This document shows, in pieces, positions 49,515 through 59,212 of a DNA stretch of 64,000 bases; the stretch's first letter is position 1, and every line of letters starts with the position of its first letter. The translations under genes were made by a program, and so were the position numbers. The notes under the pieces were generated by a model. It made no database searches and was not told where the DNA came from. It worked only from the letters and a program-made list of their open reading frames with translations. The DNA is from a virus, in the IMG/VR virus record IMGVR_UViG_3300037504_000588, positions 14,997 to 78,996 of that record. One strand, 5' to 3'.

Positions 49515-50309
49515 ATGGCAAGTCTTACATTAACAACATCATATAGGAAAAATAATAATCTACTGTTTTCAGCAGACGAATTATTGTCTGTATATTTTTA
49601 TGGAACAGATATAGAAAGTCAGGACGGAACAGACTTAGCCAATTCTACTATTGAATTTTATTTAAAGGCAGCTCAAGAAGAAGTTGAAAGATATTTCGGA
49701 GTTAAATTGTTCCCCGAATTGTTGGTTGAAAATGTTGATTATAATAGAGATGATTATGAATACAATTTTCCATTTGTAAAAGTTAGCGCACCAGTTAGAA
49801 AAGCACGAACACTGATAGGTCGAATTAATAGTTTTGATCAAATAGTTTATCCAGAGGAATGGTTGGTAGAAAAAGCAAGTTCAGAAAAGAAGTATCATCG
49901 TCAATTTTCTATTATTCCAAATGGAAGCGTTGTAAATGCAAATGCTGATGTTGTTTTTACCGGAGTGACCTCTTATTATGGACTCAGGAGCTACCCAAAC
50001 ATCCCTAATTACTGGTATGTTCAATATGAGACGGGATATAAATACGGAGAGGTTCCGAGAGATATAATGCATTTAATAGGAATGTTAGCCTCTATCCCAT
50101 TACTTGCTATTGCGGGAGATTTAATATTAGGGGCAGGGATAGCAAGTCAATCGTTAGGTATTGACGGGTTAAGTCAATCTATTAGCTCTACAAGTTCAGC
50201 AACTAATGCGGGGTATGGAGCAAGAATTGTGGAGTATAGAAAAACAATAGATTCAGTAAAGAAAGAGATGAGGAAAGCATACAAAGGGGTTAATTTTACA
50301 GTTTGTTAA
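49515..50309 (+). CDS. Putative head-tail adaptor/neck protein
   Basis: YETGY, GIASQSLGIDGLSQSIS, YGARI; position. Confidence 0.65.
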   Translation: MASLTLTTSYRKNNNLLFSADELLSVYFYGTDIESQDGTDLANSTIEFYLKAAQEEVERYFGVKLFPELLVENVDYNRDDYEYNFPFVKVSAPVRKARTLIGRINSFDQIVYPEEWLVEKASSEKKYHRQFSIIPNGSVVNANADVVFTGVTSYYGLRSYPNIPNYWYVQYETGYKYGEVPRDIMHLIGMLASIPLLAIAGDLILGAGIASQSLGIDGLSQSISSTSSATNAGYGARIVEYRKTIDSVKKEMRKAYKGVNFTVC

Positions 50310-50319
50310 ATTTAAAGAA

Positions 50320-50721
50320 ATGAAAAAAATATTTATATTATTTATATCTTTTTTAATTGGTTTGGTCTCTTATACACAAGAAGCACAGACTTTTGTCATG
50401 AATATTCATGACAATGATACAGTTAAAACATGGGAGTTTGATTATGATATACCGTTTACTTTGCAGATTAAAGAGAATATACTTTCCGACACTACAAAAA
50501 ATGGAGAATTGAATATTCAAGTAACAACTAAACAAAGTAATGAATATCTTGATTTGATTAATGATTCAATACCCTATACTGTTAACAAAAGTAAAGGGTT
50601 TTTATTTTATCATTCTATTCCGAGAAAATGGAAAGCTGTTTATACAAAGAATTTAGCAGATAGCGGGTATGTTATACTAACAATAGAACCATTAACGCCA
50701 AAATTTTTAAATAAACCATAA
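50320..50721 (+). CDS. Signal-peptide protein
   Basis: MKKIFILFISFLIGLVSYTQ. Confidence 0.65.
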   Translation: MKKIFILFISFLIGLVSYTQEAQTFVMNIHDNDTVKTWEFDYDIPFTLQIKENILSDTTKNGELNIQVTTKQSNEYLDLINDSIPYTVNKSKGFLFYHSIPRKWKAVYTKNLADSGYVILTIEPLTPKFLNKP

Positions 50722-50722
50722 T

Positions 50723-51964
50723 ATGAAAAATTTTTTAACAATTTTATTGTTTTTGTTTTCGGTTTCGTTATTTTCTCAAAATATGCAAGTTGTTGAAAAT
50801 CCTTTAACAAAATCAACAATAGGGTCTGCATCAAGTGCAGATACAGCAAACTATTCCTTAAATTCAGACAAAATAGACAACATAGGTGAAGGTAAGAGAA
50901 TAAATGAAATATATTGGAAGGGAACATCAGGGATGGATTCAGCTATCGCTAACAGAGGTATTATGACAGTTACGGAGATAGATACCTTTTATATAGGCAA
51001 TAAAGAATATTCAATATATACAGATGCAAGTGACAATATTGATATATTTAGCATCATTTATGGCGGTCAAATATGGTCAATGAATAATTCTGGTGAATAT
51101 TTAAGGGATATTGTTATAAATAATGATGATGCCAATATTCAGTTAGATGCATCAACAGGGTCACCTTCTTTGTACTTTGAAGAGTCAAGTGCAAGTAGAG
51201 CAAGAATAACTTACTCTGAATCAGCGAACCAATTATATCTTAAAAATGAAACAGCTGACACGAGGTTTAGAATGTATGATGATACTATAACTGCATTTGA
51301 ATTTTATCAATCAGGCAATGAAGATATTCAGATTAGATTTGACGGTACTTCTAATGATGGATATTTAAGATACAGAGAAGATGAAGATGAATTGGAGACA
51401 ACTTCTTCTTTTAAAGCAGACAGCACTTTTTATTTTAATAGGAATAGTTCAAACATTATAGATATAGGATTTAATGTTTTTAATAATTCAGGATGGAAGT
51501 ATTTTGATGATGGCTATGGTCATCAAATAAGATTAGATGGCAATGGATTGTCTTATAATGTTGCAGGACAAAATTCAAGTGGTTATGGAGCTTCTTCTTC
51601 ACTATCAAATGTGTTTAATGTAAGTAGGGGAGGGGATATTGAAACAGATGGGCAAATAGGGCATTCATCTGCTCAGACTATAACATTGGGAACGGGAGTT
51701 ACTACATTTGCTGTTACAAGTAATGTGGTTATAGTTACAGGAGATGGCGGAGGTAATACTATTGCAACTATAACAGGAGCAAGTGTTGGAACATATACGT
51801 TTATTTTTACAGATTCAAATGTAACAATTAGTAATGATGATACACACGGATCAAACAGTGTTGATCTGGATGTTTCTAATGATTTTAGCAGTGCTGATGA
51901 TAAGGTGCTGCAACTTGTATATGACGGTACAAGTTGGTATTCGGTAAGTATTACAATTAATTAA
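50723..51964 (+). CDS. Signal-peptide, fibre-like beta-rich protein
   Basis: MKNFLTILLFLFSVSLFSQ; C-terminal LVYDGTSWY typical of fibre domains. Confidence 0.6.
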   Translation: MKNFLTILLFLFSVSLFSQNMQVVENPLTKSTIGSASSADTANYSLNSDKIDNIGEGKRINEIYWKGTSGMDSAIANRGIMTVTEIDTFYIGNKEYSIYTDASDNIDIFSIIYGGQIWSMNNSGEYLRDIVINNDDANIQLDASTGSPSLYFEESSASRARITYSESANQLYLKNETADTRFRMYDDTITAFEFYQSGNEDIQIRFDGTSNDGYLRYREDEDELETTSSFKADSTFYFNRNSSNIIDIGFNVFNNSGWKYFDDGYGHQIRLDGNGLSYNVAGQNSSGYGASSSLSNVFNVSRGGDIETDGQIGHSSAQTITLGTGVTTFAVTSNVVIVTGDGGGNTIATITGASVGTYTFIFTDSNVTISNDDTHGSNSVDLDVSNDFSSADDKVLQLVYDGTSWYSVSITIN

Positions 51965-51976
51965 AAATATAAAACA

Positions 51977-52495
51977 ATGAAAAAAATATTAATTATTTTA
52001 GGATTTTTAGTTTGCCTTACAATAACTAAAGCAGAGAATTTATTAATTTATAAAGGAGATACGGTTGATATAGAACAACTTGTATCTGAATTAGATAGTG
52101 TTGATAAAATTGTGACTACTATAAAACTAAATGATGGTGTTGTAGGAGGCAAGATGAACCTTATTAATGCCCTGAACGAGACTAATGATAATCTTGTAAT
52201 TAATTTAAGTCAACAAAACGATAATATTAAAAAAGCAATAAAATTAATTTATGTTGATAACCCTATTCTCGAAAAAGAGTATATACATAGATTAATACAA
52301 GAGTATTACAGGCAGATTGAAATGTGGGATGTTAGTTCTTTTGTGGGGCAAAAAGTTGGAGTTTTGGTTGTTATAAATAACAAGAAAAAGTGGATGACTG
52401 GAACTTATATAGGTCAATTACAAGGATTTGCTATAATTGAACAATACTCTGGAGTTTTAAGAAAGGGAATACTAAAAACAATATTACCTAAATAA
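51977..52495 (+). CDS. Signal-peptide protein
   Basis: MKKILIILGFLVCLTITKA. Confidence 0.6.
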   Translation: MKKILIILGFLVCLTITKAENLLIYKGDTVDIEQLVSELDSVDKIVTTIKLNDGVVGGKMNLINALNETNDNLVINLSQQNDNIKKAIKLIYVDNPILEKEYIHRLIQEYYRQIEMWDVSSFVGQKVGVLVVINNKKKWMTGTYIGQLQGFAIIEQYSGVLRKGILKTILPK

Positions 52496-52497
52496 AA

Positions 52498-54090
52498 ATG
52501 AAATATCTTTTAAATATACTATTATTATTAATAATACCTCTATTGTTGCAAGGACAGAAGTATTATGTAACCGATTCATCAAGAACTTATTATATAACCG
52601 ATTCATCAGTTACATATTATATATATTATGATTTACCTGGAGCTGCTTTAATGCATTTAAACGGAAATGTTTCTACGATTAACAATAAAATTGACACCGT
52701 CTTCGATGAAAACAATCACTATAACGCTATTCAAACTGACACCTCAAAGTCTCCTTCTTTAGTAGATGGAAGCTGGCAATTTGATGGTATTGATGATTAT
52801 GTTGAAGTGGCTGATAACAATAATTTAGATTTACAAAATAATTTTACTGTCAGTGCATGGGTCAACGCTAACGGTATATCAGGAGCGCCTCAAGGCATTT
52901 TGTCTAAAGGTAATTACTCATTAAAAGAGTATGATGATGATTATATTTTTGAAGTTTTAGGAGACGGGACTACATGGAGTAAGTCAGGTGACGTAGGTAA
53001 TACCCCTTTTGGTTTGGCTGCATACGATGGTAAATTATATATAGCATGTCGATATAGTGACGATGTTTACGTATTCGACGGTACTTCCTGGAGCAAATCA
53101 GGTAATGTAGGTGATGAACCTTTTGGTTTAGCCGTCTACGACAGTAAATTATATACAGTATGTCAATATAGTGACGATGTCTACGTATTTGACGGAACCT
53201 CCTGGAGTAAATCAGGCGACGTAGGTAATGACCCTCGTGGTTTAGCTGTATATGATGGTAATTTATATGTAGCATGTTTTGGTAGTGATGACATTTACGT
53301 ATTTGACGGTACTTCATGGAGTAAATCAGGTAACGTAGGTACTTCCCCTCGTGGTTTGGCTGCATATGGTGGTAAATTATATACAGCATGTGCAGGTAGT
53401 AATGATGTCTACGTATTTGATGGAACTACATGGACTAAATCAGGTGACGTAGGTGATACCCCTCTTGGATTAGCCGTCTACAATGGCAAATTATACGTAA
53501 CCAATGCAGGCAGCAATGACATTTATGTATTTGATGGTACTTCCTGGACAAAATCAGGTGACGTAGGTAATGCCCCTTTTGGATTAGCCGTCTACAATGG
53601 CAAATTATACGTAACATGTGTAATCAGCAATGACATTTATGTATTCGACGGAACCTCCTGGACAAAATCAGGTAATGTAGGTGATTTTCCTCGTGGTTCG
53701 ACTACATATGATGGTAAATTATATGTAACATGTTCAGGTAGTGACGATGTCTCCGTATTTAGTACAGGAGAGAGTTTATGGGCAAGTAAAGGTACTGGAT
53801 ACGAACAATTAATAGGAGTTGTGACAGGCGATGAAATTAAATTATATGTCAATGGAGAGGAAAAAGCATCAACTGCACACTCTTTAACATTTGATAATAA
53901 TGATAACTCGTTGTTGATAGGTAAAAGTTATGGTTCTTCACAGTCAGGGCTAACTGGAGGTAATAGTGAAGTATTCAACGGCTCAATAGACGAAGTAATA
54001 ATTTTTGATCGTGCTTTAATTAAGAATGAGGTTCAAGAATTATATAACTCTTGCGATACAACAGGAGGAGTATTAAATTGTAATTATTAA
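52498..54090 (+). CDS. Signal-peptide LamG-domain protein with an inserted 7-blade beta-propeller
   Basis: FDGIDDYV, FTVSAWV, LYVNG, FNGSIDEV; seven 38-aa repeats. Confidence 0.8.
   Translation: MKYLLNILLLLIIPLLLQGQKYYVTDSSRTYYITDSSVTYYIYYDLPGAALMHLNGNVSTINNKIDTVFDENNHYNAIQTDTSKSPSLVDGSWQFDGIDDYVEVADNNNLDLQNNFTVSAWVNANGISGAPQGILSKGNYSLKEYDDDYIFEVLGDGTTWSKSGDVGNTPFGLAAYDGKLYIACRYSDDVYVFDGTSWSKSGNVGDEPFGLAVYDSKLYTVCQYSDDVYVFDGTSWSKSGDVGNDPRGLAVYDGNLYVACFGSDDIYVFDGTSWSKSGNVGTSPRGLAAYGGKLYTACAGSNDVYVFDGTTWTKSGDVGDTPLGLAVYNGKLYVTNAGSNDIYVFDGTSWTKSGDVGNAPFGLAVYNGKLYVTCVISNDIYVFDGTSWTKSGNVGDFPRGSTTYDGKLYVTCSGSDDVSVFSTGESLWASKGTGYEQLIGVVTGDEIKLYVNGEEKASTAHSLTFDNNDNSLLIGKSYGSSQSGLTGGNSEVFNGSIDEVIIFDRALIKNEVQELYNSCDTTGGVLNCNY
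52963..53760 (+). repeat. 7 x 114-bp coding tandem repeat
   Basis: DGTxWxKSGxVGxxPxGLAxYxGKLY...DVYVF unit. Confidence 0.95.
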
Positions 54091-54093
54091 TAT

Positions 54094-54429
54094 ATGAAAA
54101 AACTTTTTTATATACCAATTGTCATATTACTACTTTCTTGTAATAATTCTATATTGAGAATAGAATGCGATTATCGGTATGGTAGTGATTACAGATATGT
54201 ACAGATGCCTGTAAATACTGCAAAACGAATATCCTATAATTACACAGAAAAAAATATTAATACATTTGTTGTAGTGGATACAGCAGAACTGTCGTATTTA
54301 ATGATAGATTGCAACAATATAGATGTAGAAAAGATGAAATTTTTGATCTGGAAGGATGAGATATTGCCAAACAGATTTTGGAATGATCTTTATAAAAACA
54401 TAAAAATAGATTATTATATTGAAAAATAG
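54094..54429 (+). CDS. Putative lipoprotein
   Basis: LLLSC lipobox. Confidence 0.6.
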   Translation: MKKLFYIPIVILLLSCNNSILRIECDYRYGSDYRYVQMPVNTAKRISYNYTEKNINTFVVVDTAELSYLMIDCNNIDVEKMKFLIWKDEILPNRFWNDLYKNIKIDYYIEK

Positions 54430-54462
54430 AATAAAATGTAATATAATTAGATTAATAATAAA

Positions 54463-54864
54463 ATGACAAAAAAAGAAGCTAAGACATATGGTAATTATGC
54501 TTTGATGGTGGTTATATCTGTTTTAGTAACTGCTTTTGTAACTTCAGGACTTAAAAATACAGATAAGGTAATCCCTATATCTCGATACAGACATGAAAAG
54601 TTTAAAGAAAAATATGAACAAAGAGATAGTATTATAGTGTGCAGAATCAAAAAACAACAAAAGATTGTTGAAGATTTGAAAATCACTGTTAATTCTACAC
54701 ATGGAATTGTAGAACAAAACAAATCTGATTTAGATATATTAAAAAAGGGTATGTTCTCTTCTCGTTTGAAGACAAGAGAAATAAAAAATATGTTCAGGGA
54801 GGTTATGAAGGAAGAGATAATGCAGGAATTAGAAAAAGATACATCGTGTGTGATAATTAAATAA
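54463..54864 (+). CDS. Single-TM coiled-coil protein (holin/spanin-like)
   Basis: N-terminal TM helix directly upstream of the endolysin. Confidence 0.4.
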   Translation: MTKKEAKTYGNYALMVVISVLVTAFVTSGLKNTDKVIPISRYRHEKFKEKYEQRDSIIVCRIKKQQKIVEDLKITVNSTHGIVEQNKSDLDILKKGMFSSRLKTREIKNMFREVMKEEIMQELEKDTSCVIIK

Positions 54865-54870
54865 TGATAA

Positions 54871-55416
54871 ATGATAATGACTGAAAGATTTAATAAATGT
54901 ATTCCTATAATATTAGAGCATGAAGGAGGGTATGTTAATCATAAACATGATCCAGGAGGGGCTACGAATTATGGTATATCTTTAAGATTTTTAAAGAAAT
55001 TGGGGTATAATACAAGTGGAGAGTTAATTGGAGATGTGGACAAAGATGGGGATGTAGATGCAGATGATATAAGGATAATGACAATTAACGAAGCCAAAAA
55101 TTTTTATTTTCATTATTTTTGGAAAAAAGAATTTGAGTTAATAGGGTTAGATGAGGTTTCATTGCATCTATTTGATATGTCTGTTAATGTAGGTGTTTAC
55201 AGAGCAGTAAGATTAGCACAGAGAATAACTCACGCTACGGTTGATGGAATAATTGGTAAAGAAACAATAAAAGCAATTAATCAAGAAGGAGAAGCTTACA
55301 TTTATAAATACAAACAAGAAAGAAAGAGGTATTATCATAGATTAGTAGATAATAACCCCAAATTAAAAATATTTCTTAACGGATGGAGAAATAGAGTTGA
55401 AAGCACCGAATTTTAA
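54871..55416 (+). CDS. Endolysin, glycoside hydrolase family 108
   Basis: HEGGYVNH..DPGGATNYGI, FDMSVN.G, VDGIIG, FLNGWRNR. Confidence 0.9.
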   Translation: MIMTERFNKCIPIILEHEGGYVNHKHDPGGATNYGISLRFLKKLGYNTSGELIGDVDKDGDVDADDIRIMTINEAKNFYFHYFWKKEFELIGLDEVSLHLFDMSVNVGVYRAVRLAQRITHATVDGIIGKETIKAINQEGEAYIYKYKQERKRYYHRLVDNNPKLKIFLNGWRNRVESTEF

Positions 55417-55452
55417 GAATTTTTTTTATTATATTTATAAAAATTATTTAAT

Positions 55453-55725
55453 ATGAAAATAGGATTTTTTGAGACTTGGAACCAAGAGGCAAATATGGTT
55501 GAAAGGTCGTTTACAAGGCTGGGTCAATTTATAGTTTTAGCTGTATTTTGTTTTATAAACATAAAAGTGTTTTTTGGAGGATTGCCAGGCAAAGATTTAA
55601 TGAACTGGATGGGGTTTATATCTTTTGATTTATTGCTGTTGACGGCTATTTTTATCCCCTCTAAAATTAAAGATTGGTTCAGTTTAATTAAAAATAAAAT
55701 CTTAAATAATAACATTAAGGGGTGA
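55453..55725 (+). CDS. Putative holin (2 TM)
   Basis: Small, two TM helices, adjacent to the endolysin. Confidence 0.5.
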   Translation: MKIGFFETWNQEANMVERSFTRLGQFIVLAVFCFINIKVFFGGLPGKDLMNWMGFISFDLLLLTAIFIPSKIKDWFSLIKNKILNNNIKG

Positions 55726-55729
55726 TTAA

Positions 55730-56515
55730 ATGACAAAGGTGATTACACAAGCAACTCCGCCAAATCTTACAGGTCAACCTTCTGTAGAGTTCAGAAAAAA
55801 TGATTTTGATGCAACTATATGGAATAAAGGCTATGATGTGTTGATAGAAAAAGCTGTTAAATGTCCTTGTTCTACAAAAGACAATGAAGCATGGAGTAGT
55901 TGTAATAATTGTTTAGGAATGGGGTGGGTATTTATAGACCCAGTTCAGACTAAAGCACTGATGTTTAATATCAATAAAGATACAAAATATAAAAACTGGT
56001 CTTTAGAATTATTAGGAACAATAGGGTTAACTGTAAGAAGTGCAGAAAAACCTTCTTATATGGACAGGATAACTGTTATAGATAGTGGGTCTATATCAAA
56101 TTATAGTTATTTTAGCGAAATATTAAAAATAAGAGATTTAGAAGGAGACCCTTATGTTTTTTGTTCCTATGAACCTTCTTCTATTGAGTATTTATATGCT
56201 TTTGAAGATTATAACAAGGTTCTTGTTAAATTAACTTCTGATGATTATAGCATATCAACAGATAATTCTTATGTTATTAATTTAAGTTATGATTTTAGTT
56301 CTATATCAAATTTTAATGGAGTTGTTTCTGTAAGATATAAACATAAATTACAATATCATGTTTTAGATATTCCTCATGATATAAGAGCAAGCTATAAAAC
56401 AAACAGTGATGGAAAAGAAGAGCAAGTCCAGTTACCTTTGAATGCAATAGCAAGAAAAGCACATAATGTGTTTGAAATGAAAGAAAAAGATGGAAGTGGG
56501 TTTTTAACAAATTAG
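55730..56515 (+). CDS. Putative head-closure/neck protein
   Basis: CPC...C..C.G.GW motif; position. Confidence 0.55.
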   Translation: MTKVITQATPPNLTGQPSVEFRKNDFDATIWNKGYDVLIEKAVKCPCSTKDNEAWSSCNNCLGMGWVFIDPVQTKALMFNINKDTKYKNWSLELLGTIGLTVRSAEKPSYMDRITVIDSGSISNYSYFSEILKIRDLEGDPYVFCSYEPSSIEYLYAFEDYNKVLVKLTSDDYSISTDNSYVINLSYDFSSISNFNGVVSVRYKHKLQYHVLDIPHDIRASYKTNSDGKEEQVQLPLNAIARKAHNVFEMKEKDGSGFLTN

Positions 56516-56518
56516 TTA

Positions 56519-57592
56519 ATGATGAAAAAATATTTGATCATATTATTGTTAATTGTTGGGTATGTAAGTATTAATGCACAAGATCAGGGCGTATTGTCGT
56601 TAAGTCAACTGTCAAGTGCAAATGCAACAGATGCTTATTATGTCTCAACTACTGATAGTGGAGATTTTCACGTTCGTTGGTCAACTTTATACAATGATGT
56701 ATATAATTATTACCCTGATAGATTGACTGGATTAGATACTGTAGACAATAATTATTATCTTATAGTTAATAAAGACAGTGTTGCATATAAAATAAAATGG
56801 AGTGTTTTCTTAGATTCACTTAATGTAGATGTTTATGATAGCGTGAGAGGTATAGTGAATGATACTGCGAATGTATTAAGAATAGAATGGAGAGTTGATA
56901 TAAATGACAGTTTAGGCAGATTTTGGGATTCAGTAGTGGTGGAAGGTTATGTCAACGATACTCTTAATTATTACATTGATTCAGTATCCATTATTGACAC
57001 TATTAATTCAATAATTAATGATAGTTTGGACAGATTTTGGGATTCGGTAGAAGTTAAAAATTACGTAAACGATACTATTAATTATTACATTGATTCAACC
57101 GCAACAATCGACACAATTAATTCCTTGATAAATGACAGCCTATCTACCTATTATGATTCAACAGAGGTAAGAAATCACGTAAACGATACTCTTAATTATT
57201 ACATTGATTCAGCTTCTATAATTGATACTATTAATTCAATCGTTAACAGCAAAATATATTTAAATAAACCTTTTTCAACATATACGTCTAATTCTGTAAC
57301 AATTAGTTGTGATAGCTCGGGATATAGCGAGATTGATATAAGTGGTGACTTAACGATTAATTTCAACCCTCTACCTTCTGCTGGAGAAATGTCGTCCTGG
57401 ACAATAATGATAAATGGGGATGCGACAGCAAGGGACTTGACGATACAAGAATCAGGAACAGCAATTGATTCATTATATTGGAGCAACGCTAATGAATTAG
57501 ATAGTATTCCTGCGAATGATACAATTGTCGTAGGTGCTAACATTAATAATTCAGGGGTATGGTTTATGAATTATTTAAAAAGAGGAAATTAA
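56519..57592 (+). CDS. Signal-peptide protein with 23 D-S/T-hydrophobic sequons
   Basis: MMKKYLIILLLIVGYVSINAQ; three 38-aa repeats. Confidence 0.7.
   Translation: MMKKYLIILLLIVGYVSINAQDQGVLSLSQLSSANATDAYYVSTTDSGDFHVRWSTLYNDVYNYYPDRLTGLDTVDNNYYLIVNKDSVAYKIKWSVFLDSLNVDVYDSVRGIVNDTANVLRIEWRVDINDSLGRFWDSVVVEGYVNDTLNYYIDSVSIIDTINSIINDSLDRFWDSVEVKNYVNDTINYYIDSTATIDTINSLINDSLSTYYDSTEVRNHVNDTLNYYIDSASIIDTINSIVNSKIYLNKPFSTYTSNSVTISCDSSGYSEIDISGDLTINFNPLPSAGEMSSWTIMINGDATARDLTIQESGTAIDSLYWSNANELDSIPANDTIVVGANINNSGVWFMNYLKRGN
56903..57244 (+). repeat. 3 x 114-bp coding tandem repeat
   Basis: NDSL...DS...VNDT.NYYIDS...IDTINS unit. Confidence 0.9.
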
Positions 57593-59181
57593 TGAAAACT
57601 AAAATATTAGTATTATTAACAATATTAACAATAAAAGTATCTGGACAGGGGCTTGTTAGTCCTGTTTGGATGAATGCAACAGAGGAAGATATAGTAAGTT
57701 ATTGTACTGAGGTGGGTTTAATATCTTGCTATACATTTGATGGTTTAACATGGACTAAATCAGGTGACGTAGGTGATGCTCCTTATGATTTAGCTGATTA
57801 CAATAGCAAATTGTATGTATCTTGTTCCAGTCCCGATGGTGTTTATGTATTCGATGGTAGTACTTGGTCTAAATCAGGAGACGTAGGCAGTGGAGCTCGA
57901 GGTTTAGCAGTCTACGATGGTAATTTGTATGTATCTTGTTATGGTTCCGATGATGTGTATGTATTCAACGGTAGTACCTGGACAAAATCAGGAGACGTAG
58001 GCACTTCTCCTCAAGGCTTAGCAGTTTATGATGATAGTTTATATGTTGTTTGTTCTGGTTCTAATGATGTCTACGTTTATGATGGTTCAACCTGGACTAA
58101 ATCAGGTGATGTCGGTAATAGTCCTTATAGTTTAGCAGTTTATAACGATAATTTGTATGTATCTAATGGTGGTTTTAGTGACATCCACGTTTATGATGGT
58201 TCAACCTGGACTAAATCAGGTGATGTCGGTAATAGTCCTCGAGATTTAGCTGTTTATGATGGTAGTTTATATGTTGCTTGTTCTGGTTCTGATAGTGTGT
58301 ACGTATTCAATGGTAGTACTTGGTCTAAATCGGGAAAAGTAGAAGATGCTCCTCATGGTTTAACAACATATAATGGTAAATTGTATGTATCTTGTTCTAG
58401 TTCCGATGATGTCTATGTATTCAATGGTAGTACCTGGTCTAAATCAGGTGACGTAGGTGATTCCCCTTATAGTTTAGCAACATATAACGGTAGTTTGTAT
58501 GTAGCTTGTTATTTAGACAATGATGTCTACGTATTCAATGATTCATTAGATCAATACGGAAGCAATGAACCAATTAAGCCAGTTTACGCTGAATATCTAC
58601 CAGATTCAGGAATATTAGGTGGTACGTATAAATTTGAAAAAGATACAATTAATCTAGATCAAGTTTTCAGTTACAATGATTTTACTTATTCAATGTGGGC
58701 ATACAAAATAGGGGATGCGATTTATGATGTAACAGGAACATTGATTTCAAGATATTCATCAAGTAGTTCTCCTAATGAGAAATCTTTTTATCTTAGGTGG
58801 GAAGATTCTGACTTTGTGGGCAGGAGTGATTCTCTGATGTTTGCTTTGTACGATGGGAGTGTTGCAGGTTTTGGAACTGAATATCTTATACATAGCGATA
58901 CAAGTCTAAATCATCAGCAATGGTATCATATTGTGGCGTCAGTTGGAGATAGTATGAAGTTATATATTGATGGTGAATTGAGTAATACAGGAGCAGCTCC
59001 TGATACTATTAATTATTACAACAATACGTTTAATATAGGAGGTGTTAATAAATCAACAACAAGACCTGATTTACTCTTTAATGGATATATCGATGAATTA
59101 AGAGTGTACAATAGAGAATTAACAGAATCAGAAATACAATGTCTTTATAACGAAGGGTTTGGAATAACTTGCCCTAAATAA
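57592..59181 (+). CDS. Signal-peptide LamG protein with 7-blade beta-propeller (paralog of 52498)
   Basis: ATG 57592 MKTKILVLLTILTIKVSGQ; WYHIV, LYIDG, FNGYIDELRVYNR. Confidence 0.8.
   Translation: MKTKILVLLTILTIKVSGQGLVSPVWMNATEEDIVSYCTEVGLISCYTFDGLTWTKSGDVGDAPYDLADYNSKLYVSCSSPDGVYVFDGSTWSKSGDVGSGARGLAVYDGNLYVSCYGSDDVYVFNGSTWTKSGDVGTSPQGLAVYDDSLYVVCSGSNDVYVYDGSTWTKSGDVGNSPYSLAVYNDNLYVSNGGFSDIHVYDGSTWTKSGDVGNSPRDLAVYDGSLYVACSGSDSVYVFNGSTWSKSGKVEDAPHGLTTYNGKLYVSCSSSDDVYVFNGSTWSKSGDVGDSPYSLATYNGSLYVACYLDNDVYVFNDSLDQYGSNEPIKPVYAEYLPDSGILGGTYKFEKDTINLDQVFSYNDFTYSMWAYKIGDAIYDVTGTLISRYSSSSSPNEKSFYLRWEDSDFVGRSDSLMFALYDGSVAGFGTEYLIHSDTSLNHQQWYHIVASVGDSMKLYIDGELSNTGAAPDTINYYNNTFNIGGVNKSTTRPDLLFNGYIDELRVYNRELTESEIQCLYNEGFGITCPK
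57739..58536 (+). repeat. 7 x 114-bp coding tandem repeat, homologous to 52963-53760
   Basis: xGSTWxKSGDVG unit. Confidence 0.95.
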
Positions 59182-59212
59182 TTTATAACGAAGAACTAAA
59201 ATATAGAAACAT

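Noticed and set aside
52963-58536. 114-bp repeats as a CRISPR array or diversity-generating retroelement target
   Set aside because: They are in-frame coding repeats without unique spacers, variation is not confined to adenines, and no reverse transcriptase is present in the window
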